From NCBI GenBank assembly GCA_043814015.1, contig JBDRKM010000069.1:1-41460 (forward strand): DNA of 41,460 bases, read 5' to 3'. This DNA is from Pseudomonadota bacterium. Lineage in GTDB: Bacteria > Myxococcota_A > UBA796 > JAFGLY01. A program made the translations under genes and the position numbers. Below the pieces are notes generated by a model that worked only from the letters and a program-made list of their open reading frames with translations, had not been told where the DNA came from and did not search any database. Positions within the stretch are counted from its first letter, which is position 1. The number at the start of each line of letters is the position of its first letter. Below are positions 27,035 through 36,736 of this stretch, piece after piece.

Positions 27035-28683
27035 AGCTTCTTCGCCACGATCCCCTTCCCGTCCTCGCCCCGCACCAGCCACAGCGCACCCTGGGCGTCC
27101 ACGCGCAGGGCCGCGTCGGCGGAGAGGGAGCCGAGCTCGATGGGCGCTTCCCAGTCGGCCGCGGAGGCCCAGCCGACGCCATGCTGGTCCACCGAGAGCA
27201 AGACCAGCGGATCGTAGCCGCGGGGCTGCACCTGGGCGATGCGATGGCCGGGGGGCAACGCGACGCCCCAGACCTGCGCGACGATGCGGCCCTCCAGCGA
27301 CATCCAGAGCCCGCTCACCACCGCCGGCTCACCTTCGGCCGCGCTCCACGCGAAGACCATCGTGCCACCGGGCTGCTCGGGGCGGTCCGGCAGGGCCGCG
27401 AAGCGCGCCCCACCGAGCACCGGGGGCTCGAAGTGGGCCAGGCGGGCCTCGATGAAGCCGCCGAGGTCGGAGACGAGCCCGCCGCCGGCGCCCGCGCTGG
27501 CTTGCCCGACCGTGGGGGCGGCGGCTTCACCGGCGACGCCACGGTCGCTCTCCGCGGCCCGCACGATCTGGGGCAGCAACCGGCGTCCGCCGGGGGGCAG
27601 GCCGGCCTCCAGGCCCTGGGTCAGCGTGTAGAGGTCCAGCTTGCCCTCGTGCAGCAGGAGCAGGCGCAGCTGCCCGGCCGCGTCCACCCAGGTGGCCGCC
27701 TGAGGGCGCTCTGGCAGCTTCACCACGGGGCGGAAGGCGGGCGCGCCGCGGTTGTCTACGCAAGCCAGGCGCACGTCACCGGCATCCCCGGAGGGGGCGG
27801 GGACCCACAGGGGTACGCACAGGCCGGCCTGGGCGTCGGTTCCCCCCCGGGCCAGCGGCTCCCAACGCGGGTAGGGCAGACCCAGCTGGCGCGGTTGGCG
27901 CCGGATGCGGCGGTCCTCCAGGCGAGCGAAGGTCAGGCTGCGACCGTCCTGCCAGTACAGGTAGCGGCTGGCACCGTCCGAGGGGCGGGAGGCGGACAAC
28001 CAGGGGCTGACAGGCTGCGCCAGGTGCGCCAGGTACCAGGAGTAGCCCGGGTGCGCGGGCTGCGCCGCGGCGCGCACGTCGAGGTAGAGGTCCGCACCCT
28101 GGGCGCCGGCCTGCACCCAGGGGATCATCCACCCCAGGGAGAAGAAGCCCTCCGCCTCATCGCCCACGTCCACCGCCACCGGGTGGGGTGACACCAGGGT
28201 GACCTGCTGCGGCCCCAGGGGCAGGGACTGCTCGCCGTCCTGCACGTGGACGGTCAGCGTGTAGCCGCCGGGGGCCAGCGCGCCGCCCGAGGGGATCTCC
28301 AGGGTGGTCTGGCGGGCTGCGCTGGGTGCCACGGTCCAGCGGTCATCTTCGTCCTCGGCGGGCGGGGTGGTGTAGCGGGTCTGCCGCTTTCCGGAGTCCG
28401 AGATGAGCTCGAAGCGCACCAGGTGGGGCCGCTGCTCGAGGTTCGGGAAGGACAGCGCCTCTTCCGACGGGTTGGTGACCCGCACCGTGACCAGCAGGGG
28501 CCGTCCCGCGAGGTAGTCCGCCCGCAGGTCCGCCGACACGAGCAGGCCGGCCGCGCTGCGCACCTCGGCCACGGCGGCCGGCGGGGCCAGCTCGTCGTCG
28601 ACCGGGGGCTGCTGCCCGAAGAGGGCCGGCGACAGCGACGCCAGCCCCGCGAGCGCGACGAGGAGGACGAGACGACGGCGCAT
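27031..28683 (-). CDS. Secreted hypothetical protein (~550 aa)
   Basis: Signal MRRRLVLLVALAGLASLSPALFGQQ. Mixed composition and GC3 bias. No recognisable catalytic motif. Alternative start 28713. Confidence 0.5.
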   Translation of the reverse strand: MRRRLVLLVALAGLASLSPALFGQQPPVDDELAPPAAVAEVRSAAGLLVSADLRADYLAGRPLLVTVRVTNPSEEALSFPNLEQRPHLVRFELISDSGKRQTRYTTPPAEDEDDRWTVAPSAARQTTLEIPSGGALAPGGYTLTVHVQDGEQSLPLGPQQVTLVSPHPVAVDVGDEAEGFFSLGWMIPWVQAGAQGADLYLDVRAAAQPAHPGYSWYLAHLAQPVSPWLSASRPSDGASRYLYWQDGRSLTFARLEDRRIRRQPRQLGLPYPRWEPLARGGTDAQAGLCVPLWVPAPSGDAGDVRLACVDNRGAPAFRPVVKLPERPQAATWVDAAGQLRLLLLHEGKLDLYTLTQGLEAGLPPGGRRLLPQIVRAAESDRGVAGEAAAPTVGQASAGAGGGLVSDLGGFIEARLAHFEPPVLGGARFAALPDRPEQPGGTMVFAWSAAEGEPAVVSGLWMSLEGRIVAQVWGVALPPGHRIAQVQPRGYDPLVLLSVDQHGVGWASAADWEAPIELGSLSADAALRVDAQGALWLVRGEDGKGIVAKKL

Positions 28684-28718
28684 GGCGAACCTCGACAGCA
28701 GGGGAGGCGCCATGTAGC

Positions 28719-30056
28719 CTACGAGGCGTCACCGTCGCCACGGTTCGGCACGGAGGTCAGGGCCTCGGCCGACAGCGACCCAGCCTCGGCCAGCAGCGGG
28801 GCGGCCTCCGTGAGCCCCTCCAGGAGCTGGCGCCGGTAGAGGCGCTCCAGCAGCACGCCCATGGCCGCGCCCGGCGTGAACCCCAGGGCCAGCAGATCAC
28901 GCCCGCCCACCAGGGGCGAAGGCGCCCCGAGGGCGACGCCCAGGGTGTCCACCCGCGCGAGCAGCTCATCGAGGCGGGTATCACCGCGCACGGCCGCGGC
29001 CACGGCCAGCCACAGGCCGCTCCCGCCCACGGTCTGGGCCTCGCGGGCCATGGTCCGCAGCGCCCCATCGTCCGCCGCGACCGGCAACCCGGGGCAACGC
29101 CGCACCGCCACCTGTACCGCCCGGCGCACGGGGAAGCCGGCCAGCGAGAAGACATCCAGGCGGTCCAGCAGGCCCTCCATGGAGGAGTCGGGGACCCCAT
29201 GCAGCAGGCTCGCCAGCATCAGCGCCTCGGCCCGGGGCCCCCCGCCAGCCCAACGCGCGCGTCGTATCCGGGCGGCGCGGTCCACCGCAGGGCGCACCGC
29301 CCCCCAGTCCAGGGCTCCCAGAGCCGGGTGCAGGCGGCGCCAGACCGCGTCGCAGAGGCGCTCATCGAGCCCCCAGGATGGCGCAGGCGCGCGGATCAGC
29401 AGCTTGCGCAGCTCGCCACCGACGCGCTCGGGTGGCAGCTCGTGCAGGGGCATGGCGGCGCACAGGGCCAGCAACCCCGGAACGACCTCGAACTGCAGCC
29501 GCGCCGCGAGCTGGGGGACCCGCAGAGCACGCAGTGGGTCCTCTCCGAAGGTGCGAGGATCCACCTCGCGCAGCCGGCGGGCCCGCAGATCGTCCCGGCC
29601 GCCCCAGGGATCCTCCACCTCGTCGCTCACCGGGTCGTAGGCCAGGGCGTTGATGGTCAGATCGCGCCGCCGCGCGGCCTCACGAAAACCCATCTGGGGA
29701 TCGCCGACCGCGAGGATCCCCCGATGCCCGGAGCCACACACGCTGTCCCTGCGGGGCAGGCTGACGTCGAGCTCGTGGGGGCCGAGGGTGAGCTTGTAGA
29801 CCGCGAAGGACTGCCCCACCAGGCTGACGCTCCCGAGCCTCCGCAGCAGCCGCTCCAGCACCGGCGCCTCGATCCCGTGGACCTCGAGATCGAGGTCCTT
29901 GGGTGCCAGCCCGGCCGACGCCCCGGCAGGCCCGACCCCCTCGACAGCGATCAGCCAGTCCCGCACAGCGCCGCCCACCAGCAACGCGCGGCCGCCCGCG
30001 CGGCGGCAGGCCTCGGCGACGGGCATCGCTGGCGCGAAGGCCTCGGGGCAGGACAT
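28719..30056 (-). CDS. tRNA nucleotidyltransferase (CCA-adding) / poly(A) polymerase family protein
   Basis: GGAVRDWL...KDLDLEV (class II nucleotidyltransferase head) and RRRDLTINALAYDP. Alternative start 30026. Confidence 0.8.
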   Translation of the reverse strand: MSCPEAFAPAMPVAEACRRAGGRALLVGGAVRDWLIAVEGVGPAGASAGLAPKDLDLEVHGIEAPVLERLLRRLGSVSLVGQSFAVYKLTLGPHELDVSLPRRDSVCGSGHRGILAVGDPQMGFREAARRRDLTINALAYDPVSDEVEDPWGGRDDLRARRLREVDPRTFGEDPLRALRVPQLAARLQFEVVPGLLALCAAMPLHELPPERVGGELRKLLIRAPAPSWGLDERLCDAVWRRLHPALGALDWGAVRPAVDRAARIRRARWAGGGPRAEALMLASLLHGVPDSSMEGLLDRLDVFSLAGFPVRRAVQVAVRRCPGLPVAADDGALRTMAREAQTVGGSGLWLAVAAAVRGDTRLDELLARVDTLGVALGAPSPLVGGRDLLALGFTPGAAMGVLLERLYRRQLLEGLTEAAPLLAEAGSLSAEALTSVPNRGDGDAS

Positions 30057-30149
30057 GGCGCGGTTGCTCCGTGCAGAACGGACGGGTACAGTCCGGGGGC
30101 GGGTTCCGATGAGGGTTCCCTACCCCACCCCGGGCCCAGGAGGCTACCG

Positions 30150-30692
30150 ATGCTCGCTGCCCTTCCGCTGCTGCTGGCGCTGTTCTTCGGGGCGGCCCGG
30201 GCCCAGGAGCCCATCACGGTGGGCGCGCCGGCGCTGGCCTTCTCCCTGCCGGCCATCAACGAGGACGCCGCCGTGGCCATCGTGCGGCAGCGCACGGTCA
30301 TCCTGGGCGAGATGGTGGGCATCCAGCCGGCCCATCCTGCGGCGGGCGTGGTGCTCTACTTCTTCGACCGTCCGGGCGGCGGCGAGGGACTCAGGCCACT
30401 CAACAACCTGGCCAAGCGCTACAAGAGCGCCAACCTGCGCATCATCGGCATCTCCACCGACCCCGACGACGGGGCCGCTGACTGGATCCGCGCCCTCAAG
30501 CTCGATTTCCCCGTGCTCAAGGACAACCACCACATCGTGGCCGACCGCTACTCGGTGCGGGAGACCCCGATGGTGGTCCTGGTGGACGCCCAGGGCCTGG
30601 TCTTCTCCGCCGGCGCTCCCGCCATGATGGAGGTCGAGACCGTGCTCGACTCCGAGATCAAGGCCATGCTCGGGTTGCTCCCGGCGCCCTAG
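30150..30692 (+). CDS. Secreted thioredoxin-fold TlpA/redoxin-like protein lacking any cysteine
   Basis: Signal MLAALPLLLALFFGAARA; GGAGG RBS 6 nt upstream. The layout resembles TlpA/AhpC-TSA proteins, but the 180-aa sequence contains no Cys. Confidence 0.45.
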   Translation: MLAALPLLLALFFGAARAQEPITVGAPALAFSLPAINEDAAVAIVRQRTVILGEMVGIQPAHPAAGVVLYFFDRPGGGEGLRPLNNLAKRYKSANLRIIGISTDPDDGAADWIRALKLDFPVLKDNHHIVADRYSVRETPMVVLVDAQGLVFSAGAPAMMEVETVLDSEIKAMLGLLPAP

Positions 30693-30710
30693 CGCGGCCG
30701 CGCGCCACTC

Positions 30711-32237
30711 CTACTGACGTCCGCCGCGCGTGCCGTCGTTGTCAGCCAGGATGAGCGTGATGTTGTCCTTGCCGCCCCCGTGGTGAGCGGCCCGGATCAG
30801 CTCGCGGGTGATGACGCGTTGATCCTGGTAGTGGTTGAGGATGGCCTCGATGTCCTCGTCGTCCACCTCGCCCCACAGCCCGTCGGAGCAGAGCATGATG
30901 CGGTCGCCCTTCTCGATCTCCACCGAGAAGATGTCGATCTCCACGTTGCGCTCCGTGCCCACCGTCCGCAGCAGGATGTTGCTGTGGGGGTGGTTGCGGG
31001 CTTCCTCGGGGGTGATGCGGTTCTGCTCGACCATGCGCGCCACCAGGGAGTGATCCCGAGTGACCTGGTGCAGGACCTTGTCGCGCAGCAGGTAGCCGCG
31101 GGAGTCGCCCACGTTGGCGATGAGCGCGAGGTGGTTGTCAATCATCAGCAGGGCCACCAGGGTGGTGCCCATGTCGTTGCCGCGGCGCTCGGCGATCTCC
31201 TTGACGGTGTTGTTGGCCGCCTGGAAGGCCTCGTCGAGCACGTTCTCGAGCACCTCGACGGTGAGATCGGGGCTGGTGACGATGCGATCGCGGGCGACCC
31301 GACAGATGGTGCGGGTGGCCAACTCGCTGGCGACCTCGCCGCAGGCGTGCCCGCCCATGCCATCTGCCACCACGAAGAGGTTGATGGTGGGTGCCAGCTG
31401 GGCCCAGGCCCAGTTGTCCTCGTTGAGATCGCGGCAGAGGCCGACGTCGGAGAGGGCCGCCGCCGGGAACGGCGTGCGCCCGCCCGAGAGGCGCGGAAAG
31501 AGAGCCTGCAGGGCGTCGCCGAAGGAAGGCAGATCCGGGAAGGCGCCGGACTCGGCCTGGTCGATGAAGGCCCAGAAGGGCTCGCAGTCCACCGCTACGT
31601 AGCGCCTGAGCAGCGCCACCACCTGCTGCACCATCTCGCCCTGCTCGGCGGGGGGGACCGCCGTGTCCTGGACCGAGGCCACGTCGATGTCGTAGAACCG
31701 CAGCTCGTTCTCGGCTGTGAGCAGGAAGTTGCCCGGCACGAGACGGTTGAGCCGCACCCCGCGGTGCATGAGGAAGGCCGAGGTGCCCGTGATCCACTGG
31801 GCGAAGCGCAGGAGCTCGTCATCCGTGAGCGGCGCGCACTCGTCCAGCAGGAGGGACTCGGACTGGTAGGGGACGACCGAGCAGAGCAGATCATCCTGGA
31901 TGAAGATGTCGGTGGGCCAGCGTACACCCGGGTGCTTCAACGCACGGCGATGCAGCTCCATGTAGGGCGCGTACCAGGTCGGATCCCAGCGGACCGACAT
32001 CAGGAACTTGCGCTCCACCATGGAGCCGCCGCACTGCAGACAGGCGCGGGCTTCGCGGGGGTTCTCGGAGAACCCGCAGTCGAAGCAGGTGCAGAAATCC
32101 CTGTCGGGACGGTCGTCGTTGAGAAGGTAGAACATCCGGCCCTCAGCGAGCCGGACGAGCCCCTCGACCCGGTAATGGTCGCCCAGCTTCATCCCCGAAG
32201 GGAAAGGGGCGGGCCTGGGACGTCCTCCAGAAGCCAT
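30711..32237 (-). CDS. PP2C-family Ser/Thr phosphatase fused to an N-terminal degenerate kinase-like domain containing a CxxC...CxxC zinc ribbon
   Basis: The C-terminal half has VADGMGGH, GDSR and DGLWGEVDDED..GGKDNIT PP2C motifs. The N-terminal half has a kinase-like YRVEGLVRLAEGRMFYLLND strand block, then CTCFDCG...CLQCGG, then a catalytic-loop-like HRGVRLNRLVPGNFLL (HRD changed to HRG) and FYDIDV in place of DFG. Confidence 0.75.
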   Translation of the reverse strand: MASGGRPRPAPFPSGMKLGDHYRVEGLVRLAEGRMFYLLNDDRPDRDFCTCFDCGFSENPREARACLQCGGSMVERKFLMSVRWDPTWYAPYMELHRRALKHPGVRWPTDIFIQDDLLCSVVPYQSESLLLDECAPLTDDELLRFAQWITGTSAFLMHRGVRLNRLVPGNFLLTAENELRFYDIDVASVQDTAVPPAEQGEMVQQVVALLRRYVAVDCEPFWAFIDQAESGAFPDLPSFGDALQALFPRLSGGRTPFPAAALSDVGLCRDLNEDNWAWAQLAPTINLFVVADGMGGHACGEVASELATRTICRVARDRIVTSPDLTVEVLENVLDEAFQAANNTVKEIAERRGNDMGTTLVALLMIDNHLALIANVGDSRGYLLRDKVLHQVTRDHSLVARMVEQNRITPEEARNHPHSNILLRTVGTERNVEIDIFSVEIEKGDRIMLCSDGLWGEVDDEDIEAILNHYQDQRVITRELIRAAHHGGGKDNITLILADNDGTRGGRQ

Positions 32238-32383
32238 GTGGCGCTTCAGCTCCGAGGGGCGGTGAGAAGGGACAACCTTACGCGGCGGCAGGGAGGTGCG
32301 CAAGCGCGCAGGCAGGGAAAGCAACCCCGGTCCAGCCGGGTTCCGTGTCCCCTAACCCGCCTGGCCGCATTAGGAAGCGGGCC

Positions 32384-33571
32384 ATGCGATCAGTCCAATT
32401 CTCTCTCGAAGCGACCACCGGCGGCGCACGGGCCGGGAGGCTCCTGCTGCCCCACGGCGAGGTGCGCACGCCGGTCTTCATGCCCGTCGGCACCCAGGCC
32501 GCCCTGCGCGCCACCCAGCCCCGCGACGTCCACGAGGCGGGCGTGAGCATCATGCTGGCGAACACCTACCACCTCTCCCAGCGTCCGGGGGAGCAGGTGG
32601 TGCAGAAGGCTGGTGGATTGCACCGTTTCATGGGCATCGACCTCCCGATGCTGACCGACTCGGGCGGCTTCCAGGTCTTCTCGCTCGACAAGCAGGTGGA
32701 CGAGGACGGCGTGACCTTCCGCTACGAGGTGGATGGCCAGCGCACGCGCCTCACCCCCGAGCGCTCCATGGCGATCCAGCAGGCGCTGGGCGCCGATATC
32801 GCCATGATCTTCGACGAGTGCCTGCCCTGGGGCGTGGACCGCGCCTACGCCGAGGCCTCCCTGGCCCGCACCCATCGCTGGGAGGCGCGCAGCAAGGCCG
32901 CTCATACCCGGGAAGACCAGGCCCTCTTCGGCATCGTGCAGGGTGCCTTCTGGCCCGATCTCCGCAAGCACTCCGCCGAGGAGGTCGCCGCCATCGGCTT
33001 CGATGGCTACGCCATCGGCGGCCTGGCCGTAGGCGAGGAGCCCCACGTCATGCTCGGGGTGCTGGAGGCCACGACCCCCCACATGCCCAGGGATCGCCCT
33101 CGCTACCTGATGGGCGTCGGCCGCCCCCAGGATCTGGTGGAGGGCGTCGCCCGTGGCGTGGACATGTTCGACTGCGTGATCCCCACCCGGCATGCCCGCT
33201 CTGGCCTGCTCTACACGGACGCCGGGCGGATCCGCATGACAGACCGCCGCTACCGCCGCGACTTCTTCCCCATCGACACCGCCTGCGACTGCGCCACCTG
33301 CCGCCAGTTCACGAGGGCCTACGTCCACCACCTCTTCCGGGTCGGCGAGATCCTGGCGGCCACCCTGGCCACCATCCACAACGTACGCTGGTTCGTGCAC
33401 ACCATGGAGCGCATGCGCCAGAGCATCCTCGACGGCACCTTCGAGGAGTTCCGCGCCAGGATCAACGCGAGCTACCCCGAGACCGGGGGGGGCGAACCTG
33501 CCGAGGAGGAAGAGGCGCCCGCCACGGCCAGCGCGCGTCCGCCGCGGCAGGAGCGAAGGCGCAGACGCTGA
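32384..33571 (+). CDS. tgt: Queuine tRNA-ribosyltransferase (tRNA-guanine transglycosylase)
   Basis: LTDSGGFQV, IVQGAFW..GFDGYAIGGLAVGE and the zinc site CDCATCRQFTRAY..H. Acidic/basic low-complexity C-terminal tail. Confidence 0.9.
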   Translation: MRSVQFSLEATTGGARAGRLLLPHGEVRTPVFMPVGTQAALRATQPRDVHEAGVSIMLANTYHLSQRPGEQVVQKAGGLHRFMGIDLPMLTDSGGFQVFSLDKQVDEDGVTFRYEVDGQRTRLTPERSMAIQQALGADIAMIFDECLPWGVDRAYAEASLARTHRWEARSKAAHTREDQALFGIVQGAFWPDLRKHSAEEVAAIGFDGYAIGGLAVGEEPHVMLGVLEATTPHMPRDRPRYLMGVGRPQDLVEGVARGVDMFDCVIPTRHARSGLLYTDAGRIRMTDRRYRRDFFPIDTACDCATCRQFTRAYVHHLFRVGEILAATLATIHNVRWFVHTMERMRQSILDGTFEEFRARINASYPETGGGEPAEEEEAPATASARPPRQERRRRR

Positions 33572-33660
33572 TCCCCACCAGCACGCCGTCGCCGCGGTGG
33601 GTTACTGACGGCGTCCGTCCCCCGGACAGGAGACGGTCCTGTTGCCGGAGGGCACCTCAT

Positions 33661-34662
33661 TTGTCCCACTGGTTCCGCCCTCCCCCACCGCGTCAGCCTG
33701 TCCCCGTCGAGGGGGATGCACCTGCCGCCGCGCCGCGGGCCGGACAGACCATCGATCTGCTCTCCTGGAACGTCCAGTTCTGCGGCAGCCGGCGGCACCA
33801 CTTCTTCTACGATGGGGGGTCGGACGTGCACGTCCCGGAGGCGGAGGTGCGGGCGACCCAGGCGTCCATGGCCGCGCTCCTGGGTCGCGTGAGACCCGCG
33901 CTGCTGTTGCTGCAGGAGGTCGACCGCGACAGCCGCCGCACCCAGCGCATCGATCAACTCCCGGCGCTGGTGGCAGCCGCCGGGGCGCGCCGCTGGGCCT
34001 CGACCTGGTACCACCGGGCGCCCTTCGTGCCCCACCCCCTTCCTACCATGCTCGGGCGGGTAGACATGCACCTGGCGCTCGCCTGCCGCACGGCGCTGGT
34101 GGGCGCCGAGCGCCTGCAGCTGCCCCTGCTCCGGGAGAGCCGGGTGCGGCAGGCCTTCAACCTGAAGCGGGCCCTGCTGTGGGCCAGCGTGCCCGTGGAA
34201 GGCTGGCGCCGCCCGCTGCACCTGGCCGTGGCCCACCTCTCCGCCTTCAGCCGCGGGGACGGCACCATGGAGCGCCAGATCGCGGCGCTGGCGGCCTGGA
34301 TGGGCGAGCGGGAGGACGCGGGCCAGCCCTGGGTCCTGGCGGGCGATCTGAACCTGCTCCCTCCGGGAGACGACCCGGGCCGGCTGCCGGACGGCCGCGA
34401 GACCTACGCTGACTGGCCCAACCCGATCGAGCGCCTGACCACGCGGTTCCGTACCGCGGTGCCCAGCGCACGCTGGCTCGATCCCGAGCAGCGCACCTAC
34501 CTGCCTTACGGGGCGACCTCACCGGATCGCAAGATCGACTGGATCTTCCTGGGCCCACGGGTAGAAGCCGTGTCCGCCGGCCCGCTGCCCGATCTGGAGG
34601 GGTTGTCGGACCACCTCCCGCTGCACGCCCGCATCGCCCTCGCCCCGGAGCGCACCCCGTGA
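33661..34662 (+). CDS. Endonuclease/exonuclease/phosphatase (EEP) family hydrolase; start codon uncertain (TTG 33661 proposed)
   Basis: IDLLSWNVQF, LLLQEVD, GDLNL and SDHLPLHA blocks. No in-frame ATG upstream of the first conserved block; the frame is open back into tgt. Confidence 0.55.
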   Translation: MSHWFRPPPPRQPVPVEGDAPAAAPRAGQTIDLLSWNVQFCGSRRHHFFYDGGSDVHVPEAEVRATQASMAALLGRVRPALLLLQEVDRDSRRTQRIDQLPALVAAAGARRWASTWYHRAPFVPHPLPTMLGRVDMHLALACRTALVGAERLQLPLLRESRVRQAFNLKRALLWASVPVEGWRRPLHLAVAHLSAFSRGDGTMERQIAALAAWMGEREDAGQPWVLAGDLNLLPPGDDPGRLPDGRETYADWPNPIERLTTRFRTAVPSARWLDPEQRTYLPYGATSPDRKIDWIFLGPRVEAVSAGPLPDLEGLSDHLPLHARIALAPERTP

Positions 34663-35612
34663 CCCTCACCTTCGACACTGGCATCGCCTCCCTGCAGGCC
34701 GGCGAGGTCTACGCCCTGGGGTGCGCGCTGCTGTGGGCCGTGGCCGTGATCCTCTTCCGCCGGAGCGGCGAGGTGCTCCCCCCCGTGGCCCTCAACCACT
34801 TCAAGGGGGTGGTGGGCCTGAGCCTGTTTCTGGCGACCATGCCGTTCTTCGGCATCCCCCTGTTCCCGGCTGGCGTCCCCGTAGCGGACTGGCTGGTGCT
34901 GCTGGGGTCCGGCATGCTGGGGATCGCCATCGCCGACTCCCTCTTCTTCGCCAGCCTCAACCGCCTCGGGGCCGGCCGCTCGGCCATCGTCGACTGCCTC
35001 TACAGCCCCTTCGTCGCCCTCTGCTCGGCCTTCTACCTCGGCGAGCCCCGTGGTCCCTGGCTGTTCCCGGCCATCGGCCTGATGGTCCTCGCCATCCTGG
35101 TGGGCACCTGGAGGCCGGAGGCGGCCCCACCTGGGAGAGCCGTGCCTGGCGCCGCACCGCCCGACCCCGGGCTCCAGGCCCGGCTTCGCGCGGGGGTCGG
35201 TCTCGGCGTGCTGTCCATGTTGCTCATGGCGGTCGGGATCGTCGCGGCCAAACCCGTACTCGACCGCACCGACCCGATGTGGGCCGCCGCCGTGCGCCTG
35301 GCCGGTGGCGTCCTCTTCCTGACGGTCCAGGGCCTGCTGCCGCGCTGGCGACGCGACACCATCGCCGCGTTCACCCCCGGCCGGCACTGGCGCGTCGCCA
35401 TCCCGGCGGCCGTGCTCGGAGCCTACCTGGCCATGTTCCTCTGGATCCTTGGCATGAAGTACACCGCCACCAACGTGGCCGGCGTGCTCAACCAGAGCTC
35501 CACCCTGTTCGTGCTCATCCTGGCTACCCTCTTCCTTGGCGAGCCCCTCACGTGGCGGCGCGTGCTGGCCATCGCCGCGGGCACCATCGGCGCGCTGATG
35601 GCGATCTGGTAG
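34659..35612 (+). CDS. EamA/DMT-superfamily transporter (10 TM)
   Basis: Two repeated 5-TM halves with Gly-rich EamA-like signatures. The GTG start overlaps the EEP stop (GTGA). Confidence 0.7.
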   Translation: MTLTFDTGIASLQAGEVYALGCALLWAVAVILFRRSGEVLPPVALNHFKGVVGLSLFLATMPFFGIPLFPAGVPVADWLVLLGSGMLGIAIADSLFFASLNRLGAGRSAIVDCLYSPFVALCSAFYLGEPRGPWLFPAIGLMVLAILVGTWRPEAAPPGRAVPGAAPPDPGLQARLRAGVGLGVLSMLLMAVGIVAAKPVLDRTDPMWAAAVRLAGGVLFLTVQGLLPRWRRDTIAAFTPGRHWRVAIPAAVLGAYLAMFLWILGMKYTATNVAGVLNQSSTLFVLILATLFLGEPLTWRRVLAIAAGTIGALMAIW

Positions 35613-35633
35613 CTCTCGCGAGCCGCCCACGGC

Positions 35634-35662
35634 TTGACACCCGCTGGAGCCTGGCATAGGAC
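35634..35662 (+). promoter_or_regulatory. Candidate sigma-70-type promoter for rpmG (TTGACA -17 bp- TAGGAC)
   Basis: A perfect TTGACA at 35634-35639; the -10 candidate is weak (3/6). Inference only. Confidence 0.25.
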
Positions 35663-35749
35663 GCGGGGCGTTCCGGGGTCGGCCTGCCACGCGTGCGCCG
35701 GTCCCCCTTGCCGCCCGTTCCCGCACGGGCCATCGAGCGGAGATCCATC

Positions 35750-35938
35750 ATGGGTAAGAAGAGCACCGCCGGCGTCGTCACTGTCCATCTGGAGTGCACC
35801 ACCTGCCGCACCAGCGGCGTGTCCGGCGTGAGCCGCTACTCCATCAAGAAGAACAAGAAGAAGAACCCCAAGCGCCTCGAGCTCTCGAAGTACTGCAAGT
35901 TCGAGCGCAAGCATACGGTCCACAAGGAAATCCGCTAG
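35750..35938 (+). CDS. rpmG: 50S ribosomal protein L33, Zn-ribbon (Cys-containing) form
   Basis: 62 aa. ..VHLECTTC..YSIKKNKKKNPKRLELSKYCKFERKHTVHKEIR matches the L33 pattern (Y.T.KNK...P.KLEL.KY......H..KE.K). GGAG RBS. Confidence 0.8.
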   Translation: MGKKSTAGVVTVHLECTTCRTSGVSGVSRYSIKKNKKKNPKRLELSKYCKFERKHTVHKEIR

Positions 35939-35978
35939 CCCTCCCCCCCGGCCCCCGGCCGGGTCCCGCCGGCTCCCA

Positions 35979-36007
35979 CCGCCCCCAACCGGGGGCGGTT
36001 CGTGCTT
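35979..36007 (+). terminator. Putative intrinsic terminator after rpmG: CCGCCCCC-aacc-GGGGGCGG then TTCGTGCTT
   Basis: Perfect 8-bp GC stem, 4-nt loop, T-containing tail. Lies between convergent rpmG and rpsD. Confidence 0.4.
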
Positions 36008-36118
36008 CAGCGTAGGCGCCCGTGGCCCCCACAGGACGGGCGCACTCCAACGCAACACGCCGTCCACGTACGGACGGCGCGCCACGGCTGGGTGAGGGCG
36101 GAGCAGCCCCCGGGAGCC

Positions 36119-36736
36119 CTACAGGGTCTGCGAGTAGAACTCGATGATGGCCTGGGTGTTGCACGGGAAGGGGAGATCCCCCACGCCGGGCAGGGCCACC
36201 ATGCGCCCCGCGGCCTTGGCCGGGTCGAACTCGAGGAAGTCGGGCCGCACGCGGGTGGTGGCGCGATCCAGGGCTTCCTGCACGAAGCTGCGCTGCCGGC
36301 TGGGCTCGTAGACCGCGATCTCCATGCCAGGGCCGACCTGGAAGCTGGGGCGATCCACGCGCTTGCCGCTGACGGTCACGTGCCGGTGGACCACGAGCTG
36401 CCGCGCGGCGGGGATGGTGGGGGCCAGCCCGAGACGCCAGACGATGTTGTCGAGACGGCACTCGAGCAGCCGCACCAGGTTGGAGCCCGAGGGGCCCTGC
36501 ATGGCGTTGGCACGGCGCACGTAGCGCCGGAACTGCTTCTCGAGGATGCCGAAGTGCAGGCGCATCTTCTGCTTTTCGAGCAGGCGGACCTTGTAGTCGG
36601 ACTGCTTCCCGCGACGGCGGGCACCGTGCACACCGGGGGGGTAGGCACGATCAAGGACGGTCTTGGTGGTGAGGCCAGGAAGAATCACGCCGACAGCGCG
36701 GCACTTCTTGAGCCGAGGGCCACGTTCACGGGCCAT
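36119..36736 (-). CDS. rpsD: 30S ribosomal protein S4
   Basis: MARERGPRLKKCRAVG..YKVRLLEKQKMRLHFGILEKQFRRY..LESRLDNIVWRLGLAPT..ARQLVVHRHVTVSGKRVDRPSFQV are hallmark S4 blocks. Start at internal ATG 36736 with a GGAG RBS. Confidence 0.9.
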   Translation of the reverse strand: MARERGPRLKKCRAVGVILPGLTTKTVLDRAYPPGVHGARRRGKQSDYKVRLLEKQKMRLHFGILEKQFRRYVRRANAMQGPSGSNLVRLLECRLDNIVWRLGLAPTIPAARQLVVHRHVTVSGKRVDRPSFQVGPGMEIAVYEPSRQRSFVQEALDRATTRVRPDFLEFDPAKAAGRMVALPGVGDLPFPCNTQAIIEFYSQTL

